From a virus (Duplodnaviria; Caudoviricetes): DNA of 42,260 nucleotides. The first letter of the stretch is position 1; each line of letters begins with the position of its first letter. Of this stretch, positions 7,625 through 17,086 are shown piece after piece. Position numbers and translations under genes: made by a program. Below the pieces are notes generated by a model that made no database searches, had not been told where the DNA came from, and saw only the letters and a list, made by a program, of their open reading frames with translations. The stretch is from positions 1-42,260 of IMG/VR virus record IMGVR_UViG_3300032257_000036; one strand, 5' to 3'.

Positions 7625-8040
7625 TACACCTTTATGTAGTCCACGCCACCGCCTGTTGAGGGGTCGATGATTGAAGCTATTTCTACCGCCTCGATGGGAT
7701 TTTTACCTAAATGCATAGCAGCTAGCGCGGCTTGAGAGCCAGACCCGATAGCATAGAATGGGTCGTCTACTTTCATTCTTGATAGCGACGCCGGATAAAT
7801 ATATAAACCAAACTTAGTTAGCTCTAGAACTTCTATTTCGTCGAACTCTTCGGGCTTGTCTGCGGGGTTTTTCTTATTCTTATACCACGCTAAAAATATC
7901 TCACATTGATCACAGTCACCCGCTAGCCCGATGATTGATTGGTGGATTTTGAATATTTTAGTATTGTGAAACTTCTGATCACCATAGGTGTTTTGTTTAT
8001 CGCCAGACATCCCCTGTAGGTTTGCGGCTATAGTGGTCAT
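7624..8040 (-). CDS. Ntn-hydrolase, HslV/proteasome beta-subunit-like peptidase
   Basis: N-terminal (M)TTIA, D, TKIF, GLAGD and AIGSGS motifs. Confidence 0.8.
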   Translation of the reverse strand: MTTIAANLQGMSGDKQNTYGDQKFHNTKIFKIHQSIIGLAGDCDQCEIFLAWYKNKKNPADKPEEFDEIEVLELTKFGLYIYPASLSRMKVDDPFYAIGSGSQAALAAMHLGKNPIEAVEIASIIDPSTGGGVDYIKV

Positions 8041-8249
8041 ATACTAATGCCGGATAAATCAAAATGCTGCTTGAAACAATGATAACCTTTAGCGTGGTCC
8101 CTAAAAGATTTATCCAGCTCCTTTACCGCTAGTCTTCCTTGTGCCTCACACATTTCCAGAGTCACCTTATCGTTAAAATATATTTGTGTTCGTATAGGCT
8201 GACTATCTGCGGGACTGTATAGAGAGATTATTAATATAACAACGTCCAT
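8037..8249 (-). CDS. Small hypothetical protein with hydrophobic N-terminus and two Cys
   Basis: Strong AGGAGGT RBS. Confidence 0.65.
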   Translation of the reverse strand: MDVVILIISLYSPADSQPIRTQIYFNDKVTLEMCEAQGRLAVKELDKSFRDHAKGYHCFKQHFDLSGISI

Positions 8250-8309
8250 AATTACCTCCTGATGAGGTTGTTTATAAAAACAAGGATTAGGACGAAAAGA
8301 AGAAGGCTT

Positions 8310-8495
8310 CTAGCTAGGAATGTTAGACTTAAATTCAGCGTGAAGCTTATCGCTTTCTTGAAATAAACCATCAAGCTCTTCGTCAGTGATATCACGGTTT
8401 TCAATTTCTGACTTCTGCATAAGTTCTTGTATGCGTGCGGCGGTGGACAGACTTGAGTTTAAAATATCTAAAGCTATAAGAAAGTTATTACTCAC
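8310..8495 (-). CDS. Hypothetical protein of the lysis cassette
   Basis: GGAGG RBS; abuts the lipoprotein gene. Confidence 0.6.
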   Translation of the reverse strand: MSNNFLIALDILNSSLSTAARIQELMQKSEIENRDITDEELDGLFQESDKLHAEFKSNIPS

Positions 8496-8821
8496 TATTC
8501 ACCTCCAACAAATGGCCGTATGGCCGTTAAAATTTGAGACATGGCTAGTATTTTATTCTCAGCCAATTCTATATCGCTTAACTTAATTGCTTTGCGTGCA
8601 GCATTGCGTGCTTTGGTGTAATCAGTAAATGCCTTATCAATTTTCAACTGTTTCTCAACAGATAGGCGTCCTTCACTTTGATGTAATAGTGCAAGTTTCT
8701 CGATTTCTTGGAACGAGATCTCTACTGCTGCCATACGCTTATTTAATGTATTGATAGGTGACGATGCGCAGCCTATAAGGAAAAATACCAGGATAAAAGC
8801 TATATGTGAGTAGTTTTTCAT
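8495..8821 (-). CDS. Lipoprotein (possible spanin-equivalent)
   Basis: Signal peptide with lipobox LIGC; helical body; downstream of the endolysin. Confidence 0.6.
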   Translation of the reverse strand: MKNYSHIAFILVFFLIGCASSPINTLNKRMAAVEISFQEIEKLALLHQSEGRLSVEKQLKIDKAFTDYTKARNAARKAIKLSDIELAENKILAMSQILTAIRPFVGGE

Positions 8822-9039
8822 TTATCTAGAGTCCCTTTTCGTTTTGGTATAACGTCAGCAATTAAAGCTTTAACGCCAGTAACTAAACCAACAATCGCCG
8901 CACCTGCTCCGCCCTCGCCTAATTGGATATTAATAAAATCCATTATTAATACAACGTTTTCACGTAGTCCGTCTATTGAAGCTAAAGCAACACCAAAGAA
9001 TGTCGCTATAGCAGTTCTGTAACCTTTTAATTTTTCCAT
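8818..9039 (-). CDS. Holin-like membrane protein
   Basis: KGYRT start, two hydrophobic segments, basic C-terminus. Confidence 0.55.
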   Translation of the reverse strand: MEKLKGYRTAIATFFGVALASIDGLRENVVLIMDFINIQLGEGGAGAAIVGLVTGVKALIADVIPKRKGTLDK

Positions 9040-9386
9040 TACCATCTCCCTTCGTGATTAAATGAATAGTGATTGCCGTCTTTCCTGTCTCCGAATCCAC
9101 CCCATTCGCATAGTGGATCAAGGGCCATCCAGAACTCACCTAAGAATCTATGATCTTCGGTCTTTGTTAGATATTTTCCGTTTTTAAATAAGTTTAAATC
9201 GAAAGCTAATTTTAATTTATGATTAGAATATTGAGAACTGTAGCTTTTCTTTTCGCCGTAAATTCCGTGGACTCTTGCGTCTCTGAAGAAGTCACCAAAT
9301 GAAACTTCATAGCCTTGCGAGTAAGCGTAATTAATTAAAAGTGCAGCGTATCTAGGGAATAATCGTTGTTTTTCGCCAAGCGTCAT
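9039..9386 (-). CDS. Endolysin, peptidase M15 family
   Basis: R...SNH...AFD...WGG.....DGNH zinc-peptidase motifs. Confidence 0.9.
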   Translation of the reverse strand: MTLGEKQRLFPRYAALLINYAYSQGYEVSFGDFFRDARVHGIYGEKKSYSSQYSNHKLKLAFDLNLFKNGKYLTKTEDHRFLGEFWMALDPLCEWGGFGDRKDGNHYSFNHEGRW

Positions 9387-9559
9387 TTTTTTAACATCTC
9401 TCTAATTCTAAGAATGGTCCAAACCAAAGAAACACCTAAAAACACAAATGATAAAATTGGGTTAATGACTTCGGATAGCCAAGCTATCGCTGTTAATACC
9501 CCGCCAGGAATGGCAACGGCATCCCCTATATGTTTTACTTGGTCTGAAATTTCATTCAC
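9383..9559 (-). CDS. Class II-type holin (58 aa, not in ORF track)
   Basis: GTG start; MNEISDQVKHIGDAVAIPGGVLTAIAWLSEVINPILSFVFLGVSLVWTILRIREMLKK; two TM segments, basic tail, stop overlaps the endolysin ATG. Confidence 0.75.
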   Translation of the reverse strand: MNEISDQVKHIGDAVAIPGGVLTAIAWLSEVINPILSFVFLGVSLVWTILRIREMLKK

Positions 9560-10651
9560 TTATATAAACCTCATAACTATATCGGTGACAGTGCAGTTTC
9601 GGCTACTGGATGCGGTTGAACTCATTTGAATATTAATGTCTGTATACCCAGATTTATCTGAGATGGTTAAGGTGCCCGTTCCTGTCCAGTCAATAGTTGT
9701 AGCAGCGTTATCTAAAGTGGTCCCATTATTTGTATCTGTTGTTAATCGTGCGTGGGCGTTGGGACTAGTTGCGCCGGGGTCGCCTAACTTTATTTGATAC
9801 TCAAGAGATGTCGCATTCGCTGGTATATACGCTCGTGTAGTGTGTATTGTTGTTAATGTATTTACTGACGTTGTTGTAGTTAGACTTGGATCAGACCAGT
9901 TCATTTGAGAGATGCCATCTGAGTTGGGCCAGTCTAAATCTGTTTCATCAATAGCCCCTTTTACCGCTAACGCGCCTAAACCCAGGGAGGTTCTAGCTGC
10001 CGATGGTGTCTCAGCTGTCCAGCTTGAGCCATTCGCAACAATAAAATTGTTGGCTGTTGTTGATATGCTCGCTAAATCAGCAAGTTGCGCATCATAAGCC
10101 TGAACATCGGTTCCAATCGCCAAGCCAAGGTTTGTTCTTGCTGTGCTAGGGCTTGCCAAGTTCGCTAAATTCCCCGTCCCAGTTATCCCGCCGGTTAACG
10201 CGTGCCAATTTGTTCCGTCAGAAACAACAATGGCACCATCCCCCACAGCCAGCGCTAAAGTGGCAGCACCGTTTATTGTTTCCGATCCATTTGGATCAAT
10301 AGTAACCGTCCCAGCTCCAGCATTAAAAATCATAAACGTAAAGTTTGTTGATGCCGTGGCTGCGGCGACTAGATCAGCCGTAACCGAATTTGTAACAGTA
10401 AATAATTTACCTTGATCGGATGATGTAACATTAAAAGTAGTGGTTTGGGCTGATACATTATTACCAAACACCTTTCCAAATGCGCTGGTTAGCTCGGTAT
10501 CAATTGCCTCAGAAAGCGTTTTTATTGGGTCTGAAAGTTTTGTTTTATGCTTTGCCCACGTGATTTCATTATCATCTGACTGTGATCCATCGTCGGGCGG
10601 TGGACTACTGTTATATCCTGATATAGACTGAGGAGTGTATTGGTTAGACAT
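9560..10651 (-). CDS. Tail fibre/spike protein
   Basis: ARTNLGL/ARTSLGL shaft repeats; Thr/Ser-rich; at the tailspike position. Confidence 0.75.
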   Translation of the reverse strand: MSNQYTPQSISGYNSSPPPDDGSQSDDNEITWAKHKTKLSDPIKTLSEAIDTELTSAFGKVFGNNVSAQTTTFNVTSSDQGKLFTVTNSVTADLVAAATASTNFTFMIFNAGAGTVTIDPNGSETINGAATLALAVGDGAIVVSDGTNWHALTGGITGTGNLANLASPSTARTNLGLAIGTDVQAYDAQLADLASISTTANNFIVANGSSWTAETPSAARTSLGLGALAVKGAIDETDLDWPNSDGISQMNWSDPSLTTTTSVNTLTTIHTTRAYIPANATSLEYQIKLGDPGATSPNAHARLTTDTNNGTTLDNAATTIDWTGTGTLTISDKSGYTDINIQMSSTASSSRNCTVTDIVMRFI

Positions 10652-10662
10652 GGGTGGTTCCT

Positions 10663-10983
10663 ATGAGGTTTTCGTGGTCTAAAATTGGTGCATTTGTGTT
10701 TATGGCAAGCTCGAAAGCTTTGATAGTGGGCGGTATGGCTGCTGGCGTGGTGGGTCAGCTACTGTTTTCTGCTGTGAAGGGTGAATGGGTAGAGATATCT
10801 ATTATTGATGTTCTTAAATTTCTGCATATTCCCCACCCCGAAGCGCCGAGCGTTGGACTGGATATGCTTAGCTACATTAACGGTCCGCTTTTTTGTGTTC
10901 TGCTTGGTATTTTTTCACTTTTTATTTCTTACAAGATTAATTGGAAATATGCTGACCACCTTGACGTGCATGTATTTAAATAA
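10663..10983 (+). CDS. Antisense inner-membrane protein (moron; possible superinfection exclusion)
   Basis: Hydrophobic segments; fills the gap between the ejection and fibre genes on the opposite strand. Confidence 0.6.
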   Translation: MRFSWSKIGAFVFMASSKALIVGGMAAGVVGQLLFSAVKGEWVEISIIDVLKFLHIPHPEAPSVGLDMLSYINGPLFCVLLGIFSLFISYKINWKYADHLDVHVFK

Positions 10984-13182
10984 TCATTCCTGCGCCCCTA
11001 CCCCGATTGCTGCCCCTGCACCAACATCGTTGGGTTTTTTCGGTATAGGCTCAAATAAGGCTTTCACTTGTCGAGTAGCGTTAGCGTTTATATGGCTCTT
11101 AAAAGTTCCTCGCACTAAAGCTTTTATTCCGCTAGACATAAAGGGGAATTCAAACGCTTGAATAACTTTGGTCTTAAAAGATGTATTGGAGGTGTTTACC
11201 GCTCCACTGACTTTATTAGTTGCGATTAACATAACTCTGCTTAACTGTTTGAATAATTTTATTTCAGATTTAGAATAAAGTGTCTTCATTAGTGCGGGAT
11301 GGTTTGTTAAGGCGCTATCCAAAGAAGAGGATAATTTATCACCGCTTAAGATTCTTTCTAAAGTTGGGCTTCTAACGCCACCCCTACCTTGGCTGGATAT
11401 TAATCTTAAAAAACCCTCTTCTTTTAGAGATTTCCATGCAGGAGAATCTTCACCTAGCAAGACTTTCATTTCCTGCAAGGCGCGGGTTCCGCCAGATTTT
11501 GCGCTTAACGAATTTGCTGTAAATATTTTATTAAGCGCTTCCTCTGGGGTTAATTTTAATTGTCCATTATTAGTTTCGATTAATGATTTAATGATATTAT
11601 TAGATTCAAATTTTATAGCGTACTCTTTTCTTAGGCCCCTGGCTGTCATAAAAGACTTAAGAGCGTCCTTGTCTCCCCTGATCATCGTTTCCTCTATAAG
11701 GTTATCCATATAATCATCGAACTGTCGTTTTGCGGCAGAAGAGGCGGCGGCTTCAACGGTGTCGTTTGATCTAGATAGAGTGGCCAGCTGGCTTCTAACA
11801 TTTTCCAACGCTTTAATTTTGACTTCTTTAATGTTGCCGCCAATTTTTAACTGTTTAACAATATCGAATGTTTTCTTTGCGGCGTTAACGTTAAACCTTT
11901 GGAACACTTCCATTACGTTTTTATGTAACTGATTAACGCCTTCGCTTACAACGGTTGTGCTTTTGGCTATCGCATCATCGTACGCCTGTCCAACAGAGGT
12001 CTTTAATTGTTGCGCTTGTGTTGACAGGGCATCTTGAACTTGGGCGGCACCTTGGGACGGTGTGAGGCTGTCGCCTGTTCCGACAATAGATTGAACTTCA
12101 TCAATGTTCTGTCTTAAAGCTTGCTGTTGTGAGTCATCAAATGTTTGCGCAATAACCCTTGACTGCTCGTTAACACCGCCTTTCTTCGCCGCTTCTTCTA
12201 AGCTTTGATCTGATACATTTCTTGTAATGTCGCCTTTTGATAAAGGAACGGCTTTAGGTAAGGAATTGGCTTGCGCTATTCCTAATGCTTGTCCTGGGGT
12301 TTCTGCAAACGACAGTTGTTTTTCCAGCTCTTTTAATGCGTCATCAGTTAACTCGTCGGGATCAATACCTAACCCCCTTAGTGCGTCTTTACCTTCATCA
12401 GTGAGCTGCGCAGTTTTTCGATTAAAGAAGAAATTAGAACGAAATAAGTTCCTTAATCTTTCGGCTGCGATAGGGGTGACGCCCTCGAAAAAACCGGCAA
12501 AGAGAGCCGCTAATCCAGCTCTCTCGAAATCAACACCTTGCTCCGTACCGAAAATCTCATCGGCGGCAATGTCTCTAAGTATGCTGCCTGTTCCTGCGCC
12601 ACTGCCAGCCCCTGTCACCCGACCAAGACCGCTCGGTCCGAACAACTTCGCCCCCCCTACGGCAAAAGGTGCCTCTATAGCTAAAGATATCACAACATCA
12701 TTAAAGTCTTGGGCGGAGAATCCTTTTTTATTTAGTGCCATGGTTCCTATTCCGTCTAGAACTAAGAACATTTCACCGTTACTTGAAAAGAACCTCGCAT
12801 CAGGCCTTACTTTTCTTATCGCAGCTATTCTACCCTCTGTAGATGAAGGAATATTCATAGCGGCGTCAAGCCTTCCTAAGGCTGCGTCTCTAGCTATAAA
12901 CTCTTCAGTGCTTAATTTGTTGCCTTGTTCGTCGCGCGGATTTAGTGCTCTGCCAAATTCATTAGCCATTACTTCCGTTCCTTCTGGAAGTGTGCTTAAG
13001 GGTTTCCCTGGTCCACTTATGGAGTCGAAGTCTGAGATCTCACCCTTTGGTGTTCGTCTTATTCCGTTAGGTATTTCACCATTTGCAACTAACTTATTAT
13101 AGGCGCGCTGTTGCGTTGGCGGTAGCTCGCCTCGGTTCCCTAGCTCTATAAGAGCTTTGTTTTTCGCTGTTGGCTCAATCAC
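10984..13182 (-). CDS. DNA ejection/internal virion protein (P22 gp16 position)
   Basis: 732 aa, helical, Gly/Ala-rich segments; synteny. Confidence 0.65.
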   Translation of the reverse strand: MIEPTAKNKALIELGNRGELPPTQQRAYNKLVANGEIPNGIRRTPKGEISDFDSISGPGKPLSTLPEGTEVMANEFGRALNPRDEQGNKLSTEEFIARDAALGRLDAAMNIPSSTEGRIAAIRKVRPDARFFSSNGEMFLVLDGIGTMALNKKGFSAQDFNDVVISLAIEAPFAVGGAKLFGPSGLGRVTGAGSGAGTGSILRDIAADEIFGTEQGVDFERAGLAALFAGFFEGVTPIAAERLRNLFRSNFFFNRKTAQLTDEGKDALRGLGIDPDELTDDALKELEKQLSFAETPGQALGIAQANSLPKAVPLSKGDITRNVSDQSLEEAAKKGGVNEQSRVIAQTFDDSQQQALRQNIDEVQSIVGTGDSLTPSQGAAQVQDALSTQAQQLKTSVGQAYDDAIAKSTTVVSEGVNQLHKNVMEVFQRFNVNAAKKTFDIVKQLKIGGNIKEVKIKALENVRSQLATLSRSNDTVEAAASSAAKRQFDDYMDNLIEETMIRGDKDALKSFMTARGLRKEYAIKFESNNIIKSLIETNNGQLKLTPEEALNKIFTANSLSAKSGGTRALQEMKVLLGEDSPAWKSLKEEGFLRLISSQGRGGVRSPTLERILSGDKLSSSLDSALTNHPALMKTLYSKSEIKLFKQLSRVMLIATNKVSGAVNTSNTSFKTKVIQAFEFPFMSSGIKALVRGTFKSHINANATRQVKALFEPIPKKPNDVGAGAAIGVGAQE

Positions 13183-14273
13183 TCGAAGCCTACTATGCTT
13201 CTTAAGTCGTCGCTTTCTAAATTCTCGAAACTTGACCCTTCTTGGCTAACAAATGAAGACAAAGGAAAATCTCTTGCTACGCTTTCGTTTAACTCTATTC
13301 CTCGTTGCTTAAGGAAAACGGCTCGTTTTTTACCGGCCAAAAGTTCTTGTTTTACAGATTCAATTTTTGCCTTAAATACTGTGGGTGAGTCTCCATCAAA
13401 AATGCCAGTTCCTGGGTCGGGTAAAGCCTTGATTATTCTTTTAGCTTCACTTTCAGACATTGTAGCGCCTGTGGTGTCCTTTATACCCTGATTTAAGTTT
13501 TGAACTGAGATTCGTTTGAATCTAGAGTATCGTGTTAGCGCCTCTTTATCTTTCTTTGGTATATTGGCCCCGAGTTTTTCAAGGGCTGCTTGCGCGCTGA
13601 ATTTAAATCTAGTCCCTAGCTCTAAAAAGGAATCATCGAAATCTCTTTCTATTGCGTCAATTCTTGCGAGCGCATCATCGGTCTTAATGATTTTCTCGTC
13701 CACAATCCCTTCAGCTTTTTTACCTAACGCTAAATCATTAGCGGAGGTAGCTGCCAGCGAGACAGGAGCTTCTATAGCCCCTTGAGATCTTAGCTCGGAA
13801 ATCGTCTTAGTATCTGTTGTATCAACACTGACAAACTCCCCGCTCTTTTTAAGAAAAGTTTTACCTTGGTTTGTTGCTTGAGCTTTCGATATTTCTTCTG
13901 CTGATTTAGTTTCAGTTTTAACGTTTAGCTGGTCGTCAAAGCTGGGTAACTTTTCTATTGATAGGAATTTTTGTTCGATTTTAGGCGTAAAAGTACCTAG
14001 ACCTTGCTCTTCTGCTAGTTTTGCGATAGATAAAGCTCGATTTCTTGCGATATCTCTTAACCCTTGTGTGTCTTCTAATTTCCCGCCTGCAACGCTGAGG
14101 TGTCGCTGTACGGCTACTTCGGTCAGATCGAGTACAGAATCTATTTGCTCTTGGATATTACTTGCAAATTGCTTTCTTTTTTGTATAGCTAATTGTTCCC
14201 GCTTTAGTGCTGATGTGTTATCTATTGCATTAGCTCCGGCATTAAAGCCAGCAGCAAAAGATTGTCCTATCAT
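13179..14273 (-). CDS. DNA ejection protein (P22 gp20 position)
   Basis: Helical; TGATMSESEAKR motif; synteny. Confidence 0.6.
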   Translation of the reverse strand: MIGQSFAAGFNAGANAIDNTSALKREQLAIQKRKQFASNIQEQIDSVLDLTEVAVQRHLSVAGGKLEDTQGLRDIARNRALSIAKLAEEQGLGTFTPKIEQKFLSIEKLPSFDDQLNVKTETKSAEEISKAQATNQGKTFLKKSGEFVSVDTTDTKTISELRSQGAIEAPVSLAATSANDLALGKKAEGIVDEKIIKTDDALARIDAIERDFDDSFLELGTRFKFSAQAALEKLGANIPKKDKEALTRYSRFKRISVQNLNQGIKDTTGATMSESEAKRIIKALPDPGTGIFDGDSPTVFKAKIESVKQELLAGKKRAVFLKQRGIELNESVARDFPLSSFVSQEGSSFENLESDDLRSIVGFE

Positions 14274-14275
14274 TT

Positions 14276-15022
14276 TTAACCTCCCGATGTTGCGGCTTTA
14301 GTTGCCGCTCCTGCAACCGATCCAACAATGGCGGCTCTACCGCCTTGGAACTCAACTAGTTGATTTTGTATTAGTTGTGATTCTAATGAAGCGAGAGAAC
14401 TAAAAGTATTTGTTAGGTTATTTGCTATATTTGCAGATAATTGTGACTCAAGATTCAATTGATTTAGTTCAATTGATGCAGCTTGTATGCTGGCTTGAGT
14501 TTGCTCATTGATTAATGAAATCCTAGTTTCTAATGCTCTCTGGTTGTTATCTGCTACAGATCTCTCATTCTGAGCTATAATATTAGCTTCTTCTCTGGCA
14601 AACTCCGCCTCTCCTCTTGCTAAGGCATCCTGAGCAAAAGATGATCCTAGTACGCGTCTCTTAGATAGATTATCTCTTAACGTTCCAATAGTTCGTCGTC
14701 GCGCGTTATTAATATTTGCAACGCCGGCGCTTGCCAACGCGTTATTGGCTGCATTCAACGCACCAAAAGCAGGATTGACTTCATTAATTAATCCAGAGAA
14801 TTGGCTTCCTCTTTCAAGAGTTCTGTTTTTTATGTCTGCAAGCGACCCACTCAATAGGTCGCCTCTGGTTATACTAAACGTGCCATCATCGAAATTTCCA
14901 GAGAGTCCGTTCGATGAAAAATTAGTAGGTTTAAAATCCCTTATCGGTTTGGTGAATTCATCAATCGATTCATTAGGATCGCCAAGCAATATCTTTGCGG
15001 TGCTATTAACTATCCCGCCCAT
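14276..15022 (-). CDS. DNA ejection/pilot protein (P22 gp7 position)
   Basis: MGG start; Asn/Gln/Ala-rich; Gly/Ala C-terminus. Confidence 0.6.
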   Translation of the reverse strand: MGGIVNSTAKILLGDPNESIDEFTKPIRDFKPTNFSSNGLSGNFDDGTFSITRGDLLSGSLADIKNRTLERGSQFSGLINEVNPAFGALNAANNALASAGVANINNARRRTIGTLRDNLSKRRVLGSSFAQDALARGEAEFAREEANIIAQNERSVADNNQRALETRISLINEQTQASIQAASIELNQLNLESQLSANIANNLTNTFSSLASLESQLIQNQLVEFQGGRAAIVGSVAGAATKAATSGG

Positions 15023-15591
15023 TCTTTACTCTCCCATAAAATAGCTGGTTCTTTGTAGATGCCATGTTTGTGTCCTATTCTTCGTATTATCCCGTGTCTT
15101 GCTATGCGCTCGTAAAAGTGTTTATCTGGCATTGAACAGTAAAAAAACAAACTGTAATACTTTCTTGTTTCGTTAATAAAATTAACGGTAGATTCATAGA
15201 TCATGCGTTTTGTTGCCCACGGGAAAAAAGATTGATCCCCTATTAGGGTCCAAGGCCCGTCATCTCTACCAAAAACAAACCCGATAGGGGTATTATTATT
15301 TAGATACACCCAATGAAAATCATATAGTTTTGTTGCGAATTCTGTAAATGCAGCATCAAATTCTTGCGGGTTTAGGTTGTCTTTAAATATCCCAAGGCTG
15401 CCTTTTTTGTAAGCAGCCCATATATATCTAATGTCTTCCTTTTTAAGGTCTCGAAAGAACGGTTTTCTTTTTAGGGTTTGCGATAATCTAGGTTGTTTTT
15501 TCGAACCGGAAGCCGACTTCTTGGATGTTGATGTCTTTAGTTCCGTTATATTCGATTTTGACTTGGATTTCGCCTGAGCCTGATCCGGCAT
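15010..15591 (-). CDS. Virion assembly protein (P22 gp14-like, GNAT-like fold)
   Basis: Position between the nozzle and ejection genes; start uncertain. Confidence 0.5.
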   Translation of the reverse strand: MPDQAQAKSKSKSNITELKTSTSKKSASGSKKQPRLSQTLKRKPFFRDLKKEDIRYIWAAYKKGSLGIFKDNLNPQEFDAAFTEFATKLYDFHWVYLNNNTPIGFVFGRDDGPWTLIGDQSFFPWATKRMIYESTVNFINETRKYYSLFFYCSMPDKHFYERIARHGIIRRIGHKHGIYKEPAILWESKEWAG

Positions 15592-17086
15592 AAAAGTTTT
15601 CCCTTGTCAGTCTTCCGTTTAAAGATTGCGAGTAATAAATTTGGTTTGAATAATAACTTCCGGCGTTGTACACTTTTCTTTCTGTTGTTATAGGAAGGGT
15701 GATATTTAAAGACTCATCAAAAACATTCTCACCGTTATATAAAATTGTTAAAGATATATCGACTTCATCCGCAGACCTATACAAGATCCACCCCTCAACT
15801 TGGGAGGAAATATGATTTAACTGAGTCCTTAAAACAGGGGACGCTCTTAGTGTTCGTATATTGGAGGTTCCGCTATCCCCCGAAGATCCAGATCCTTCCA
15901 TCCTGTAAAGGTTTCCGCTTGAATCTCCAAAAAAAACATATTCAAGATTGTCGGATGGATCGAGCATACTCATAACAGCTGTTGGCTGAAAACTAGTAGC
16001 ATGCTGTGAAGTCCATTTAACCCATGGCGATAATTTCGAATTAGCCAGCGGTTTAAAATAAATCCAAGCTTCAGCCTGATTTTCAGGAAAACAATATACT
16101 CTTTGGTTTCTTTGATTGTAAATCAAGATCCAGTTTTCATACGCTGCTATCTTGTCAGATATTGGTATAGTTAGATCGTTGTTCTCTACATCACCAAATT
16201 CATCTGTAGCAATAACGCTTTCTAGCCTTCCTTGTCTGCCATAAAATATATCAGAACCGACAAAAGTAACAGCTTCATCGCCAGACGCGCCTGAGCGAGG
16301 AAAGAAACTCTTAAAGCTAAAATCTTTTGCACTCGATCCTGATAACTTGAAAAGACTTCCTAATTTTGAAGACGTAACAACTGTGTCAAAGGCTTGAACC
16401 ATTCCATTAATGTAATAGTTATCAGGTTGGACTAGGAAAAATGGATCTTCTTCGCTTAGTGAGCTTGACGGGCGATTGGCTGTGGTGATGATAGTAAAAT
16501 CCCCGCGCTGTGAGCCAATGATTAAATGCGGGAAATCTGAGCCGTTGTCATGAACATTTGAAAATATAGCCCTCTCATTATCAACAACACAATATCTAGC
16601 CCTGAATGTTCCAAACGACCCCGATATTGTTTCGTCTGTAAAGGTGACATTCTGTAAAGTTGTTCCGTCCCACTCCATCACTGGCTGAGCTAAGTTTAGA
16701 TCGGTAATAATAACTTTATCGGTTAACTGCCAATTCTGACTTAAAGGCCCTCTTAATTTAGCGGAGGAAGAAACTGTTGCTTTTGAAGTGCTAAAGCTTG
16801 AACCGTCCCATTCGTATACTTCGGTTCCTGACTGAACTAACATTGAAACTGTTCCGTCAGATTTCAATAAATTAGCAAATCCTCTAATCTCTGAGGTGTT
16901 TGGGGTTGTTCCTAATTTATCAAACGGGCCCCTGTTTCTTAATGATGAATTTTTTAAGTCTAAAATATAGTTTTGACCGCTTGACGCCTCTCTGACGTCT
17001 ATTTCATCTTCTGAAGCAGAGCTATTTTGGCCGCCTCCGAAACGAAAAATAAAAGCGTCTTCTTCTGGTCCTGTTTTAGTCGGCAT
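15488..17086 (-). CDS. Tail nozzle / packaged DNA stabilisation protein (P22 gp10-like)
   Basis: FGGGQN N-terminus; beta-rich 532 aa; synteny. Confidence 0.75.
   Translation of the reverse strand: MPTKTGPEEDAFIFRFGGGQNSSASEDEIDVREASSGQNYILDLKNSSLRNRGPFDKLGTTPNTSEIRGFANLLKSDGTVSMLVQSGTEVYEWDGSSFSTSKATVSSSAKLRGPLSQNWQLTDKVIITDLNLAQPVMEWDGTTLQNVTFTDETISGSFGTFRARYCVVDNERAIFSNVHDNGSDFPHLIIGSQRGDFTIITTANRPSSSLSEEDPFFLVQPDNYYINGMVQAFDTVVTSSKLGSLFKLSGSSAKDFSFKSFFPRSGASGDEAVTFVGSDIFYGRQGRLESVIATDEFGDVENNDLTIPISDKIAAYENWILIYNQRNQRVYCFPENQAEAWIYFKPLANSKLSPWVKWTSQHATSFQPTAVMSMLDPSDNLEYVFFGDSSGNLYRMEGSGSSGDSGTSNIRTLRASPVLRTQLNHISSQVEGWILYRSADEVDISLTILYNGENVFDESLNITLPITTERKVYNAGSYYSNQIYYSQSLNGRLTRENFYAGSGSGEIQVKIEYNGTKDINIQEVGFRFEKTT

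Noticed and set aside
9039-9045. Lambda S-type dual-start motif (Met-Val-Met)
   Set aside because: The first ATG directly abuts the SD and adds no positive charge
12227-13102. 291-aa plus-strand ORF and similar antisense ORFs across the late operon
   Set aside because: Antisense to coherent structural genes, with Ser/Pro/Ala shadow composition and no motifs
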